Shown here in pieces: positions 1 to 9,834 of a stretch of 64,000 nt of DNA. The translations under genes were made by a program, and so were the position numbers. The DNA comes from an uncultured Methanolobus sp. (lineage in GTDB: Archaea; Halobacteriota; Methanosarcinia; Methanosarcinales; Methanosarcinaceae). A model generated the notes under the pieces. It searched no databases and had not been told where the DNA came from. It was given only the letters and a program-made list of their open reading frames with translations. The stretch covers positions 2,720,001 through 2,784,000 of the forward strand of contig OY776215.1 of assembly GCA_963675495.1 (NCBI GenBank), read 5' to 3'. The number at the start of each line of letters is the position of its first letter. The stretch's first letter is position 1.

Positions 1-295
1 GTATCTGTGATATGTTGAACTTTTCCATAATGTGGACTGCAGCATCGATACTCTCATCAGGTGATACGGATATCAGGTCCCTGTTCATTATATCCCTGAG
101 ATAGATGTCTTCTTTTTCAATATCATTGAATACGTTGATTATCTTTTTGAGGGTCGATAACCTGGGGTCTACATCTCCTGCTTCTATCCTGGCTATAAGT
201 GGTTGACTGACACCTGCTCTTTTTGCAAGATCACTTTGTGTAAGACTAAGGTCGATCCTTTTCTGTTTTAATTCATCAGGAGATGGAAGTTGCAT
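1..295 (-). CDS. XRE-HTH + CBS domain transcriptional regulator (3' end runs off the window)
   Basis: Manual translation from ATG at 295: MQLPSPDELKQKRIDLSLTQSDLAKRAGVSQPLIARIEAGDVDPRLSTL (Cro/C1 HTH), then the CBS motif ...SPDESIDAAVHIMEKFNISQI. Confidence 0.88.
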   Translation of the reverse strand, partial: MQLPSPDELKQKRIDLSLTQSDLAKRAGVSQPLIARIEAGDVDPRLSTLKKIINVFNDIEKEDIYLRDIMNRDLISVSPDESIDAAVHIMEKFNISQI

Positions 296-388
296 AGGTA
301 TTACTGATGGTAATTATCCTATTTAAATCCAATTAAAGATAGGGTTATTGAACCTACAAAGGCAGCAGAAAAAAAGTAGAAATGGGGA

Positions 389-859
389 TTATTCATCCTC
401 TGGTATATCCATCTCCATTACAACATTACCTTGGTCGTCTGTCATTGTCATCTTGCCGTTAATGATCTTTGTTTCAGACAGGACATTGTTATCTTTATCA
501 TAGTAGGTCATGATGAAACTTTCATCGTTCTCGTCAACAGGAGTGTACATCTCCATTCTGGCGACGTCATCATCAGCAGCTACATTCATTTCGGCGACTG
601 TATGGCACATTTCTATCCCTTCAATAACCTCAGTACCCACAACTTCCATTGTCATAGTTTCGCCGGTGTTAGGATCAGTTATTTTCATGGTTGTACCTAT
701 CGGACAAGCTTCATTTTCTGAACCTTCTGTATAGGTAATATCTACTTCTTCCCCATCTTCACCATGAATGGTAATGGATTCTTCCTCTTTATCGCTACAT
801 CCGGATATTGCCAGTGACAAAACTAATACTACAAGGAATACAATTATTTTCTTTTGCAT
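389..859 (-). CDS. Acidic hypothetical lipoprotein
   Basis: Lipobox-like signal LAISGC after a hydrophobic stretch; very acidic mature part; GGAG RBS. Confidence 0.75.
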   Translation of the reverse strand: MQKKIIVFLVVLVLSLAISGCSDKEEESITIHGEDGEEVDITYTEGSENEACPIGTTMKITDPNTGETMTMEVVGTEVIEGIEMCHTVAEMNVAADDDVARMEMYTPVDENDESFIMTYYDKDNNVLSETKIINGKMTMTDDQGNVVMEMDIPEDE

Positions 860-930
860 AATAAGCTCCTTTTTAATAAAAAATGATTTGTTTCCTCATT
901 TAAATGTACCGATTTGTTTCGATGATGAAG

Positions 931-1875
931 TTAATTATACAGCGTAAACAGACCAACGATATATCCAAAATAGACTCCCAGTATCAGGCCACCTTCCCAT
1001 TTTTCCAGTTTCCTTCCGGTGATACCGAAGACCAGTAGAAGTATCATTATCAGTAACATGAATGGAAAATCGTATGACAGGGATTGCGGAAGTATTGTCA
1101 AAGGTCTGATCTGGGAAGATGCACCGAGGATCAGTGCAATGTCCATGGTGTTTGCACCCAGTATATTTCCTATGGAAATATCCTGATGTCCTTTTAACGT
1201 GGATGAAACTGCAGTGATAAGTTCAGGTAATGAAGTGCCCAGGGCAACGAGCGTAAGGGCTATGATCATTTCAGGAACTCCTAGCCACTCTGCAATGGTT
1301 ATGCCGGCATCAACAAGGATGCGGCTGCCTACTACAACAAGGAGAGCTCCAGTGATGAAAAGTGCGATCTCTTTTCTCAGCTGGCCAATAGGGACTCTTT
1401 CCCTTATTTCTTCATTTCCATCAAAAATAGCACGCTGAAGACGGAAATTGTAATACATGAATCCGATGAATACCATCAAAAGCAAAATACCGTCAAATGA
1501 AGATATCACGCCATCATATGCTACAACTATCAAAAGGAGTGCAGACCCTAGCATGAACGCACCCTTACGAGTGAAACCGTGAAGCTCTATCGGTATTGCT
1601 TTTATGACTATTATAGCACCTAATACAAGACCTATATTACAGATAGCAGAACCTACAGCATTTCCCACCGTCATTTCCACATGATCAAGGTAAGCTGCCA
1701 TTGCAGAAACTGTGAATTCCGGTGCAGTAGTTGCAAAACTAACGATTGTAGCTCCTATGATTATCTTTGGGATACCACTTTTTTCGGAAATAGACACTGC
1801 AGATTCTACAAACCAGTCGGCACCTTTTGTGATCATCACCAGGCTTACGAGCAATAATGCAACCGTTATAAGCAT
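931..1875 (-). CDS. Ca2+/Na+ antiporter (CaCA/YrbG family)
   Basis: Two alpha-repeats (FATTAPE..GNAVGSAICN; LGTSLPEL..GNILGANT) and about 10 TM helices. Confidence 0.92.
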   Translation of the reverse strand: MLITVALLLVSLVMITKGADWFVESAVSISEKSGIPKIIIGATIVSFATTAPEFTVSAMAAYLDHVEMTVGNAVGSAICNIGLVLGAIIVIKAIPIELHGFTRKGAFMLGSALLLIVVAYDGVISSFDGILLLMVFIGFMYYNFRLQRAIFDGNEEIRERVPIGQLRKEIALFITGALLVVVGSRILVDAGITIAEWLGVPEMIIALTLVALGTSLPELITAVSSTLKGHQDISIGNILGANTMDIALILGASSQIRPLTILPQSLSYDFPFMLLIMILLLVFGITGRKLEKWEGGLILGVYFGYIVGLFTLYN

Positions 1876-1947
1876 GAGAGACTCTATAGATACCCATGGG
1901 ATTTAAAAGTAAGTGAGAATAAAAAAGACTCAAAAATAAAGTGAGAA

Positions 1948-1968
1948 AGAAACCTGAGAAAGGTTTCT
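1948..1968 (-). terminator. Hairpin terminator of the PEF-CTERM gene
   Basis: AGAAACCT-N5-AGGTTTCT inverted repeat followed by T-rich tracts on the minus strand. Confidence 0.5.
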
Positions 1969-1976
1969 GTCATAAT

Positions 1977-2651
1977 TTACTCATTCTTTTTTCCATGGAT
2001 GAATGCAAGTCCGAGAATAGCTATCATTGGAAGCGCTATTGTTGGGAATTCGGGAATACTGGTCTCAACAGGTGTTTCACATTTCTCATCTTCAGCCTCT
2101 TCCAAAACCGGAGTTGTTGATGTTATAGCTCCGACTGCATCCATATCGGCACCTTCATAATATTTGCCCTTATTGAGTCCGGTAACATCAACAAGTTTGA
2201 CGTAACTATATTTTTCATTTTTAAGCACTCCATCTACTGCATCTATATCGAACAATGTTTTCTTATTGGCATTGCCGATCTTTATCCAGTTCTGGCCATC
2301 TTTGCTTATAAAAACCTCTACAAGTTCTTCTGTGGAAGTGCCAGTTTCAAAAACAGCCAGATCAAAGTTACTGTCACCAGAAGTTGTCAGGGAATTGTCC
2401 GTAAATTTTACAATGACATAACCCTTTGTTCCAAGACTTACACATTTGTTGTTTGGTTTTCCAAGTATTTTATTTATATCACCAGCAAATGCACCACCAT
2501 TAAGTTGGTAATCTACGATCTCATCCGCAAAGGATAAAGCGCCGGAAGGAAATTCCACATTTCTATAAGCAGTTCCCAGAACAGGACTGATACTCATGAG
2601 GGATACTATTAAAGTAACAACTAAGACCAATAACAGTTTTTCAAATTTCAT
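1977..2651 (-). CDS. Cell-surface protein with PEF-CTERM sorting signal
   Basis: Signal peptide; C-terminal IPEFPTIALPMIAILGLAFIHGKKNE (PEF + TM + basic tail). Confidence 0.88.
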   Translation of the reverse strand: MKFEKLLLVLVVTLIVSLMSISPVLGTAYRNVEFPSGALSFADEIVDYQLNGGAFAGDINKILGKPNNKCVSLGTKGYVIVKFTDNSLTTSGDSNFDLAVFETGTSTEELVEVFISKDGQNWIKIGNANKKTLFDIDAVDGVLKNEKYSYVKLVDVTGLNKGKYYEGADMDAVGAITSTTPVLEEAEDEKCETPVETSIPEFPTIALPMIAILGLAFIHGKKNE

Positions 2652-2780
2652 TTAAGTAACCACCTTTTTTTATGTACCAAATTATTCGGTTTTACCCGGA
2701 TAAATTATTGTACTAAAGTTAATTACTTATAAAGATTCCTAAATTATTTTTGATTTATATGCTTAACTAACTATAAAATA

Positions 2781-3338
2781 TTATTCAAGTCCAAGCATGG
2801 TAACGGCTGCAACTATCATTATTCCAAGACCCACCATGCGTACAGAATGTTTTATCATACTCTGTTTTGCCAGTTTGCCGGAATATACTCCCAAAATAGA
2901 AAGAACTGAGATGCTGCTAATGATTGATGCTTCCAGCATGTGTTCATCAAGAAGTATAAATGGAAGTATCGGGACAAGTGAGCCGAAAAAACTTGCTCCA
3001 CCGTGGAAGAATGAGTCACTCCATATCTTCTTTTTTGTGTCCTGTTCAAGTATTGTGCTATTGAGGCTTCTCAGTAGGGGTTTTTCCAGTTCTGCGAGAT
3101 TTCCATACTCTACGGCACTTTCAGCAAGATATGAACCAATACCATTGGTGAGTGCCAGGGCAACAGCTCCGCCCAAAGCGGCATTCATAACAATTGCAGG
3201 ATCACTGGAAACGTGGGATGTACCGATTACAACACCAAGAACGGCCAGTATCCCGTCGATACTGCCAAGGATTATGTATCGACCATGTTCAGTTTTCAGC
3301 TTAAAGCCTTTTGTATTAAAACGAGGTATTTTATTCAT
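2781..3338 (-). CDS. VIT1/CCC1 family membrane protein (TIGR00267-like)
   Basis: RYIILGSIDGILAVLG and GSYLAESA motifs; about 5 TM helices. Confidence 0.8.
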   Translation of the reverse strand: MNKIPRFNTKGFKLKTEHGRYIILGSIDGILAVLGVVIGTSHVSSDPAIVMNAALGGAVALALTNGIGSYLAESAVEYGNLAELEKPLLRSLNSTILEQDTKKKIWSDSFFHGGASFFGSLVPILPFILLDEHMLEASIISSISVLSILGVYSGKLAKQSMIKHSVRMVGLGIMIVAAVTMLGLE

Positions 3339-3467
3339 AATAATCTTCTTATCCTAAAGTCAGGTTAAAGACACACACAAAGCTTATTTTGTTTTCGGAT
3401 ATTATCAAGGTTAAACTTATTGCATATGGTAAAATAGAGATTCTATTATTCACAGAGGAATTATCCT

Positions 3468-4343
3468 ATGAAAGTTCACCCAAGATGTTCATATTGTTTG
3501 CTATCCCGGGTTCACCTGGAAGCGGAACTGTCAACTGATGATGAAGAGCTTATGCATAAAGCAATTCTCGGTGGTATAGAAGTATTGAATTCTCTCTATC
3601 AGCCAGGTATGCCTGCAGGAGAGTTATCCACACCTATACACAGGAAAACCTATGAGATACTAAACGACAATGATCCATATCTCAAAATGAAAGAACTGAG
3701 TAGCCAGACCGCAGCCAGGTTCATGCCTGTCATACGCTCACATGTATTTAACGGCGATGGGGACGATGTCGCCACATTCAAACGTGCAGTTCTTGCAGCT
3801 GTAATAGGCAATTATTTCGATTACGGTGTCATGGGACTTGAAGTGCCCATTGATGTTTTTGATGAGACGTTTAAGGAGCATTTCACACGCGGACTGGACA
3901 TAGATGATACTGATAAGATGCTTGACAAGCTCAGCAATGTTGTATATCTGGCTGACAATTCCGGCGAGATCCTGATAGATACTCTTATGTTCGAGATCAT
4001 CAAAAAAATGGGTGGAAAGATAACTCTTGTTGTCAGAGGTGCACCAATATTGAATGATGCAACCATGGAAGATGTCAAAGAGTTCGGTATTGACGAAAAG
4101 GTTGACCGTGTACTTACCACAGGTTCCAATGCAATAGGGATTCGCTTTGAAGAAGCGCCACAGGAGCTTAAGGATGCACTTGGGGATGCGTCACTTATTA
4201 TAAGTAAGGGAATGGCAAATTACGAGACATTGTCAGAAGAGAATTATAGACCAATAGCATATTTACTTAAGGTGAAGTGTGATCCTGTGGGAGAGGATAT
4301 CGGTGCACCTAAAGGCTGTTCAGTAGCCAGGTTATTTGAATAG
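3468..4343 (+). CDS. DUF89/ARMT1-like damage-control phosphatase
   Basis: N-terminal CxxC, DPY, GNYFD, DNSGE and KGMANYE motifs. Confidence 0.9.
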   Translation: MKVHPRCSYCLLSRVHLEAELSTDDEELMHKAILGGIEVLNSLYQPGMPAGELSTPIHRKTYEILNDNDPYLKMKELSSQTAARFMPVIRSHVFNGDGDDVATFKRAVLAAVIGNYFDYGVMGLEVPIDVFDETFKEHFTRGLDIDDTDKMLDKLSNVVYLADNSGEILIDTLMFEIIKKMGGKITLVVRGAPILNDATMEDVKEFGIDEKVDRVLTTGSNAIGIRFEEAPQELKDALGDASLIISKGMANYETLSEENYRPIAYLLKVKCDPVGEDIGAPKGCSVARLFE

Positions 4344-4354
4344 GAGGAACATCT

Positions 4355-4543
4355 ATGTGTGAGCTGAAAGTTATTCTTATCAACGGTGAAACCCGAAGTA
4401 TGGTAATGGAATCCGTTACAAAGATGATCGTTGACGGGGAGAATGTCAATCTATATGGGATACTCGGGGAAAAAGAGACTGTAAAGGGTTTGATAAAAGA
4501 AATCAATTTTGGAACCGGAGAGGCTATTATACTTCATAAATGA
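4355..4543 (+). CDS. CooT-family nickel-binding small protein
   Basis: MCE N-terminus, MESV and GILGE motifs, 62 aa; AGGAGG RBS. Confidence 0.8.
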   Translation: MCELKVILINGETRSMVMESVTKMIVDGENVNLYGILGEKETVKGLIKEINFGTGEAIILHK

Positions 4544-4615
4544 TTTTTTACATGTTAAATATTTATTGATTAATTAAAGTCAAATTCAAATAATATAAGG
4601 TAGGATGGAACTAAG

Positions 4616-5623
4616 ATGTCAAAAGTAAAAGTTGCAATAAATGGATATGGTACAATTGGTAAACGAGTTGCTGATGCTGTCACCATGCAGGATGATATGG
4701 AAATAATCGGCATTGCTAAAACAAGACCAAACTACGAAGCCTTTGTTGCACACGATAAAGGATATGATGTATATACCCTTGCTGACAGGGTCGATGCTAT
4801 GAAACAGGCAGGAATTCCTGCTGCAGGTACGGTAGACGACATGATCGCAAAGGCTGATGTTGTAGTTGACTGCACGCCAGGTGGTATCGGTGAGAAGAAC
4901 AAAGCACTTTACGAGAAAGCAGGTGTCAAAGCTATCTGGCAGGGCGGGGAAGACCATGAACTTGCAGGTTGTTCATTCAACGCGGAGGCAAACTATGCTG
5001 AAGCACTGGGTAAGGACTTTGTGAGGGTTGTATCATGTAATACAACTGGTCTGTGCAGGGTAATCTACCCACTTGATCAGGAATATGGCGTAAAGAAAGT
5101 CAGGGTCACGCTCATGAGAAGAGCTGCTGATCCAAATGATATTAAGACAGGACCTATCAATGCAATTGTACCAAACCCAATTAAGCTTCCTTCACACCAC
5201 GGACCTGATGTGAAGTCCGTTTTGCCACATATTAACATAGCTTCAACTGCAGTGAAGCTGCCTACGACACTGATGCACTTACACACCCTCAACATCGAGA
5301 TGGAAAAGGAATGCACTGCTGATGATGTCAAAGCACTGTTCGCAAAGCAGCCACGTGTAAGGATGATCGGCCAGGGAATAGGTTCTACCGCAGAGGTAAT
5401 GGAGCTTGGAAAGGACCTTGGACGTCCAAGAGGTGACATGTGGGAGAACTGCGTATGGGAAGATTCTGTTACAATGTATGAAGGAGAACTTTATTTCTTC
5501 CAGGCAATCCACCAGGAATCAGATGTCATTCCTGAGAATATTGATGCTATCCGTGCCATGATGGAACTTGAGACTGATGGTGCAAAGTCAGTAGCAAAGA
5601 CCAACAAGGCAATGGGGCTTTAA
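4616..5623 (+). CDS. gap: Glyceraldehyde-3-phosphate dehydrogenase (archaeal type II)
   Basis: NGYGTIGKRVA, VSCNTTGL, SHHGPDV and HQESDVIPENIDAIRA motifs. Confidence 0.97.
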   Translation: MSKVKVAINGYGTIGKRVADAVTMQDDMEIIGIAKTRPNYEAFVAHDKGYDVYTLADRVDAMKQAGIPAAGTVDDMIAKADVVVDCTPGGIGEKNKALYEKAGVKAIWQGGEDHELAGCSFNAEANYAEALGKDFVRVVSCNTTGLCRVIYPLDQEYGVKKVRVTLMRRAADPNDIKTGPINAIVPNPIKLPSHHGPDVKSVLPHINIASTAVKLPTTLMHLHTLNIEMEKECTADDVKALFAKQPRVRMIGQGIGSTAEVMELGKDLGRPRGDMWENCVWEDSVTMYEGELYFFQAIHQESDVIPENIDAIRAMMELETDGAKSVAKTNKAMGL

Positions 5624-5638
5624 TACAAACTCAAGCCC

Positions 5639-6439
5639 ATGCAATGTACAAGTGAGTTCCTGGAGCTTAGTGAAAGGATAGCTGACGCAGTGCATGAGGC
5701 AATTAAAGATCTTGTCGGCACAACTAGTGCTGGCAGGGTTCTTTATATTGGTGCGGATGGAACACCCACCAAACTAATAGATGATGTTTCTGAAAAAGCC
5801 ATTTTTACATTACTTGAAAAGGAAACAACTCCTTTCAGGATCATCAGTGAAGAAGCTGGGGATAAGGTCTTAGGGGCATCTCCCGCTTATACTCTTATAA
5901 TCGATCCAATTGACGGGACCTATAATGCATGTTCGGGAATACCATTTTACAGTCTTTCTATTGCCATTGCAAGAACTGAGCTGAATGACCTTTGTTTTGG
6001 ATATGTAAAAAATCTGGCAACAGGGGATACATTCTATGCAGAGGCTGGTAAAGGTGCTTATCTCAATGGCACAAAACTTAAACCATCAGGAAATTCAGAA
6101 CTTGGTAGGTTATGCATGAGCATTTATGGCTATAGGCCTAATATAAAAGAAGCTGCAATTCTCTCTGAAAATGTCAGAAGGGTAAGAAACCTTGGTAGTG
6201 TTGCACTTGAATTATGTTATGTGGCTTCAGGAATGTTCGATGCTTTTGCAGATGTCAGGGGGACAATGCGTATGACTGATGTAGCTGCGGGAAAGCTCAT
6301 TATAGAGGAAGCTGGAGGTATCGTTACTGATGGATGCGGTGAATCTTTAAAGCTGGAAGACAAAGTAATGAGTAGAGTAAGTGTAATTGCGTCCAATGTA
6401 AATGCACATGAAAATATCTTAAAGCTTTTACAGGGGTAG
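5639..6439 (+). CDS. Inositol monophosphatase/FBPase family phosphatase (NADP phosphatase-like)
   Basis: GADGTPTKLID, SEE, DPIDGTYN and DVAAG motifs; ends in TAG. Confidence 0.9.
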   Translation: MQCTSEFLELSERIADAVHEAIKDLVGTTSAGRVLYIGADGTPTKLIDDVSEKAIFTLLEKETTPFRIISEEAGDKVLGASPAYTLIIDPIDGTYNACSGIPFYSLSIAIARTELNDLCFGYVKNLATGDTFYAEAGKGAYLNGTKLKPSGNSELGRLCMSIYGYRPNIKEAAILSENVRRVRNLGSVALELCYVASGMFDAFADVRGTMRMTDVAAGKLIIEEAGGIVTDGCGESLKLEDKVMSRVSVIASNVNAHENILKLLQG

Positions 6440-6442
6440 TAC

Positions 6443-7276
6443 ATGACAGTCAGTAAAATAGGAATTGTATCACGATTCGATCAGCAAGATGCCCTTGATA
6501 TGGTCAGGAATATCCATGCTACGTTTGGATCAAAGGTGGAAATCTTCCTCTCGCCCAAGACCGGAGATCATCTTGGTATTACAAATAACCTGCTCCCTGT
6601 TGAAAGAATGCGTGAATGTGGCGTGGAATTGATAATCTCTGTGGGGGGTGACGGTACGGTGCTCAGGAATATCTCCAAGATGAAGGATCCTTTGCCTGTA
6701 CTTGGAATTAACATGGGTACACTTGGTTTTCTTGTCGACGTGCCACCTGAAGATGCCATAAAGGATATTGAGGATGTGCTGAGAGGTTTCACATATACTG
6801 AGCGCTCCAGGCTTAGTGTGTGCCTGAACGGGGAGAGGCTGTATGATGCGACAAATGAGATAGTTCTAATAACGGCAAGGCCTGCAAAGATAATTACTTT
6901 CAGGATATCTATTGATGATTCACATATAGAGGATGTGAGGGCAGATGGTGTTGTACTTGCAACTCCTACAGGATCAACTGCTTATGCTATGAGTGCCGGT
7001 GGGCCAATAGTCGATCCTCGGGTGGATGCATCGATAATAGTTCCGCTGGCACCTTTTAAACTTTCTTCAAGGCCATGGATCGTTCCAGGTGACAGTACTC
7101 TAAAAGTGGAAATTATGGTTCCTGAAAAAGAAGCCGCAGTTGTCATAGATGGTCAGCATTCCTATAATATGAAAGAAAATGATGTCGTCACAATAACAAA
7201 GGCTGAGAACCCTGCAAGATTTGTAAGCAGTTCTATAAACGGATTTTATGAGAAGGTACAGAGTAAACTTGCCTGA
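6443..7276 (+). CDS. nadK: NAD kinase
   Basis: GGDGT, GINMGTLGFL, NE and DG..ATPTGSTAYAMSAGGP motifs. Confidence 0.95.
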   Translation: MTVSKIGIVSRFDQQDALDMVRNIHATFGSKVEIFLSPKTGDHLGITNNLLPVERMRECGVELIISVGGDGTVLRNISKMKDPLPVLGINMGTLGFLVDVPPEDAIKDIEDVLRGFTYTERSRLSVCLNGERLYDATNEIVLITARPAKIITFRISIDDSHIEDVRADGVVLATPTGSTAYAMSAGGPIVDPRVDASIIVPLAPFKLSSRPWIVPGDSTLKVEIMVPEKEAAVVIDGQHSYNMKENDVVTITKAENPARFVSSSINGFYEKVQSKLA

Positions 7277-7461
7277 GAATGGCGCAACTTAACCATGGGG
7301 GCAGATTCTGGGCAAATTAACAAAAGATGCATTCAACTGCCTTCTATTCACTAGATAAAAGTTGCTCTTGAAACCTGTCAAAAAAATCGAAACTATCTTA
7401 AAATACCTAAATCTTATATATTGGAACTGGAAATTGACCAGCAATCACAGGAGTCAATATT

Positions 7462-8634
7462 ATGTCAGAAAGTAAAGATTACTCAAGAAACAAGCTTATC
7501 GATCATTTGAATTTGCCACCTCTTGATGTTGAGATTTGTGATGTGACACTGCGAGATGGCGAGCAAACACCTGGGGTAGTTTTTACAAGGGAAGAAAAGA
7601 TTGCTCTTGCGAGGAAACTGGACTCAGTTAATGTGGATATAATTGAAGCCGGGTTTCCGGTAGTTTCTGTTTCTGAAAAGGAAACGGTTAAAGAAATTGC
7701 CAATATGGGACTCAATGCACGAACCTGTTGTCTTTCCAGGTCAAAATTAAGTGATGTCGAAGTAGCTGTTGATTGTGATGTTGACTTTATCAGTATATTC
7801 ATTGCAATGTCAGATATGCATCTCAGATACAAGTATCATAAGAGCTGTGAAGAGATGTTTTCCTGTGCCATGGAAGCTGTTGAATATGCAAAGGACCACG
7901 GAGTAGGTGTCAGGTTTGCAGCAGAAGATGGCAGCAGGACTGATCTAGATGTGTTGAAAACTGCTTTTAAAGCTGCTGAGGAATACAAAGTTGATTATGT
8001 TAGTATTGCTGATACGATAGGTATTCTGACTCCAAGTACAACTCATTATCTTGTCAGTGAGATCAAGAAGGCAGTAAAGACTCCTATTTGTATCCACTGT
8101 CATAATGACCTTGGTCTTGCAACGGCAAATACCCTTGCTGCTGCCGAGGCTGGGGCTAAGCAGCTCCATACTACTGTAAATGGTATAGGGGAGCGCGCAG
8201 GTAATGCTTCACTTGAAGAGTTACTTGTTTCACTTAGAATACAATATGGTATAGACAGGTATGATACCACAAAGTTAACAGAGCTTTCAGGACTCGTAAA
8301 CGAATTTTCCGGGCTTGGTACCGCAGTAACAAAGGCAATTGTCGGAGAGCATGCTTTCTCTCATGAATCAGGTATCCATGTATGTGCAATCCTTGAAGAG
8401 CCACGTACATATGAGCTATTCAGTCCGGAAATGGTTGGTGGTAAGCGCCATCTTATTGTTGGTAAACATACAGGCATGAAAGCCCTGAAAGGAATAGTAA
8501 GCGATATGGGGTATGAGCTTTCAAAAGAAGAACTTACTACACTTCTTGACAGAATAAAAAACTGCACAGAAACAAAACATGGCATCTCACCATCAAAACT
8601 TGAATCGATGGTGATTGAAACAAAGAAGCATTAA
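7462..8634 (+). CDS. aksA: Homocitrate synthase family protein (AksA-like)
   Basis: DVTLRDGEQ, HCHNDLG, GIGERAGN and HESGIH motifs; lacks the LeuA regulatory domain. Confidence 0.75.
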   Translation: MSESKDYSRNKLIDHLNLPPLDVEICDVTLRDGEQTPGVVFTREEKIALARKLDSVNVDIIEAGFPVVSVSEKETVKEIANMGLNARTCCLSRSKLSDVEVAVDCDVDFISIFIAMSDMHLRYKYHKSCEEMFSCAMEAVEYAKDHGVGVRFAAEDGSRTDLDVLKTAFKAAEEYKVDYVSIADTIGILTPSTTHYLVSEIKKAVKTPICIHCHNDLGLATANTLAAAEAGAKQLHTTVNGIGERAGNASLEELLVSLRIQYGIDRYDTTKLTELSGLVNEFSGLGTAVTKAIVGEHAFSHESGIHVCAILEEPRTYELFSPEMVGGKRHLIVGKHTGMKALKGIVSDMGYELSKEELTTLLDRIKNCTETKHGISPSKLESMVIETKKH

Positions 8635-9209
8635 TAATCTATTGAAGCTTCTTTTTTGTTTTGGGAACCGCGTACGAATTCACCATCTCTATCATTTTCC
8701 TGTGAGTGTACATCGTCATTGTAATTCATTTCATCGTTCTCAAGCAGGATAACGTAATCTGCAGAGTTTCTCAAGGCTGTTGAAAAACCGGGTTCGACAC
8801 CGAAGATGATGGTTTCCTTGCCATGTTCGTTTGCTTTATTCAGCAATGGTTTGAAATCTGCATCCCTTGTGACAAGTGCCATAGTGTCGATCGTTGGGTT
8901 GTAAACAAGTTCCATTCCTTCCACGGCAAGCCTTACATCAACATCACTGGAGCATATAATAGGTTCAAATCCATTGTTCTCAATAGCTTCTACAAGTTTA
9001 TCAGATGCATACTGGTTCAGGAACACTCTTCCAATCTTGACATTACCATATTCTTTCAGGACATCCCTGATTTCTTCGAGGTTAACATTAAATTCCTTGC
9101 GCAATACATTGGGACCATCTACAAGAAGACCAATACTTCTTCTTCCCGTTTCTTTTTTAGTACTAAGGTATTTGACAATAGAATTCAGTCCGGTTTTGAC
9201 GTTAGCCAT
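8631..9209 (-). CDS. NYN domain protein (TIGR00288 family)
   Basis: LLVDGPN, DVDV, TRDADF and GFSTALRNSAD motifs. Confidence 0.88.
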   Translation of the reverse strand: MANVKTGLNSIVKYLSTKKETGRRSIGLLVDGPNVLRKEFNVNLEEIRDVLKEYGNVKIGRVFLNQYASDKLVEAIENNGFEPIICSSDVDVRLAVEGMELVYNPTIDTMALVTRDADFKPLLNKANEHGKETIIFGVEPGFSTALRNSADYVILLENDEMNYNDDVHSQENDRDGEFVRGSQNKKEASIDY

Positions 9210-9408
9210 GATTCCTCACTATAATTATAACTGACAATAGGATCGATCATAATGATCATGTTCGATAGTTTCAATAAATACAATAAATACTATAAATATA
9301 ATATATAAGTATGTACATTAAATTTTAAATCACATGCTACTAAAAACACGCTATCCTGATGATGACAAGATAGCAGAAATTTAATTCAGGCCACACTTTT
9401 CCATATAT

Positions 9409-9834
9409 TTAGTGCCTCAATATTTCAGCTAGCGATCTCTTTGTTATACTTGTTTTTGATATTGAATTTGTATTCAGCATGAAATAGTTTACAATCCTCC
9501 CCTGAATTCTTCTTCTTGTGAAAAGAATTTCTCCACCATGTTTTATAAACGTATCCATTACTTCTTCAAACTGATTTTTTTCCATATCCGAAAGTTCTAT
9601 CAGACTTTCTCCATCAAGTATCCAGTTGTAGACTTTAAGGAGGGTCACTTCACGTACTCTTTTGAGTTTCTCCGTGTCTTTAAAGTCATCAACGTAAACC
9701 GAGCGTTTGAGTTCCGGAGACCAGCCTGCAAGTTTCTCTTGCATGTCAATGAACTGTATTGGAATCTCTTCGCCCTCTTCAGGTCTTGGGAAAAGCCTTG
9801 CAAGATGATTTGCATTCCCTGCCAGCAAGATCAC
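9409..9834 (-). CDS. Hypothetical protein, translationally coupled to the rhomboid gene
   Basis: 141-aa ORF with GTG start overlapping the rhomboid stop by 4 nt. Confidence 0.65.
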   Translation of the reverse strand: MILLAGNANHLARLFPRPEEGEEIPIQFIDMQEKLAGWSPELKRSVYVDDFKDTEKLKRVREVTLLKVYNWILDGESLIELSDMEKNQFEEVMDTFIKHGGEILFTRRRIQGRIVNYFMLNTNSISKTSITKRSLAEILRH

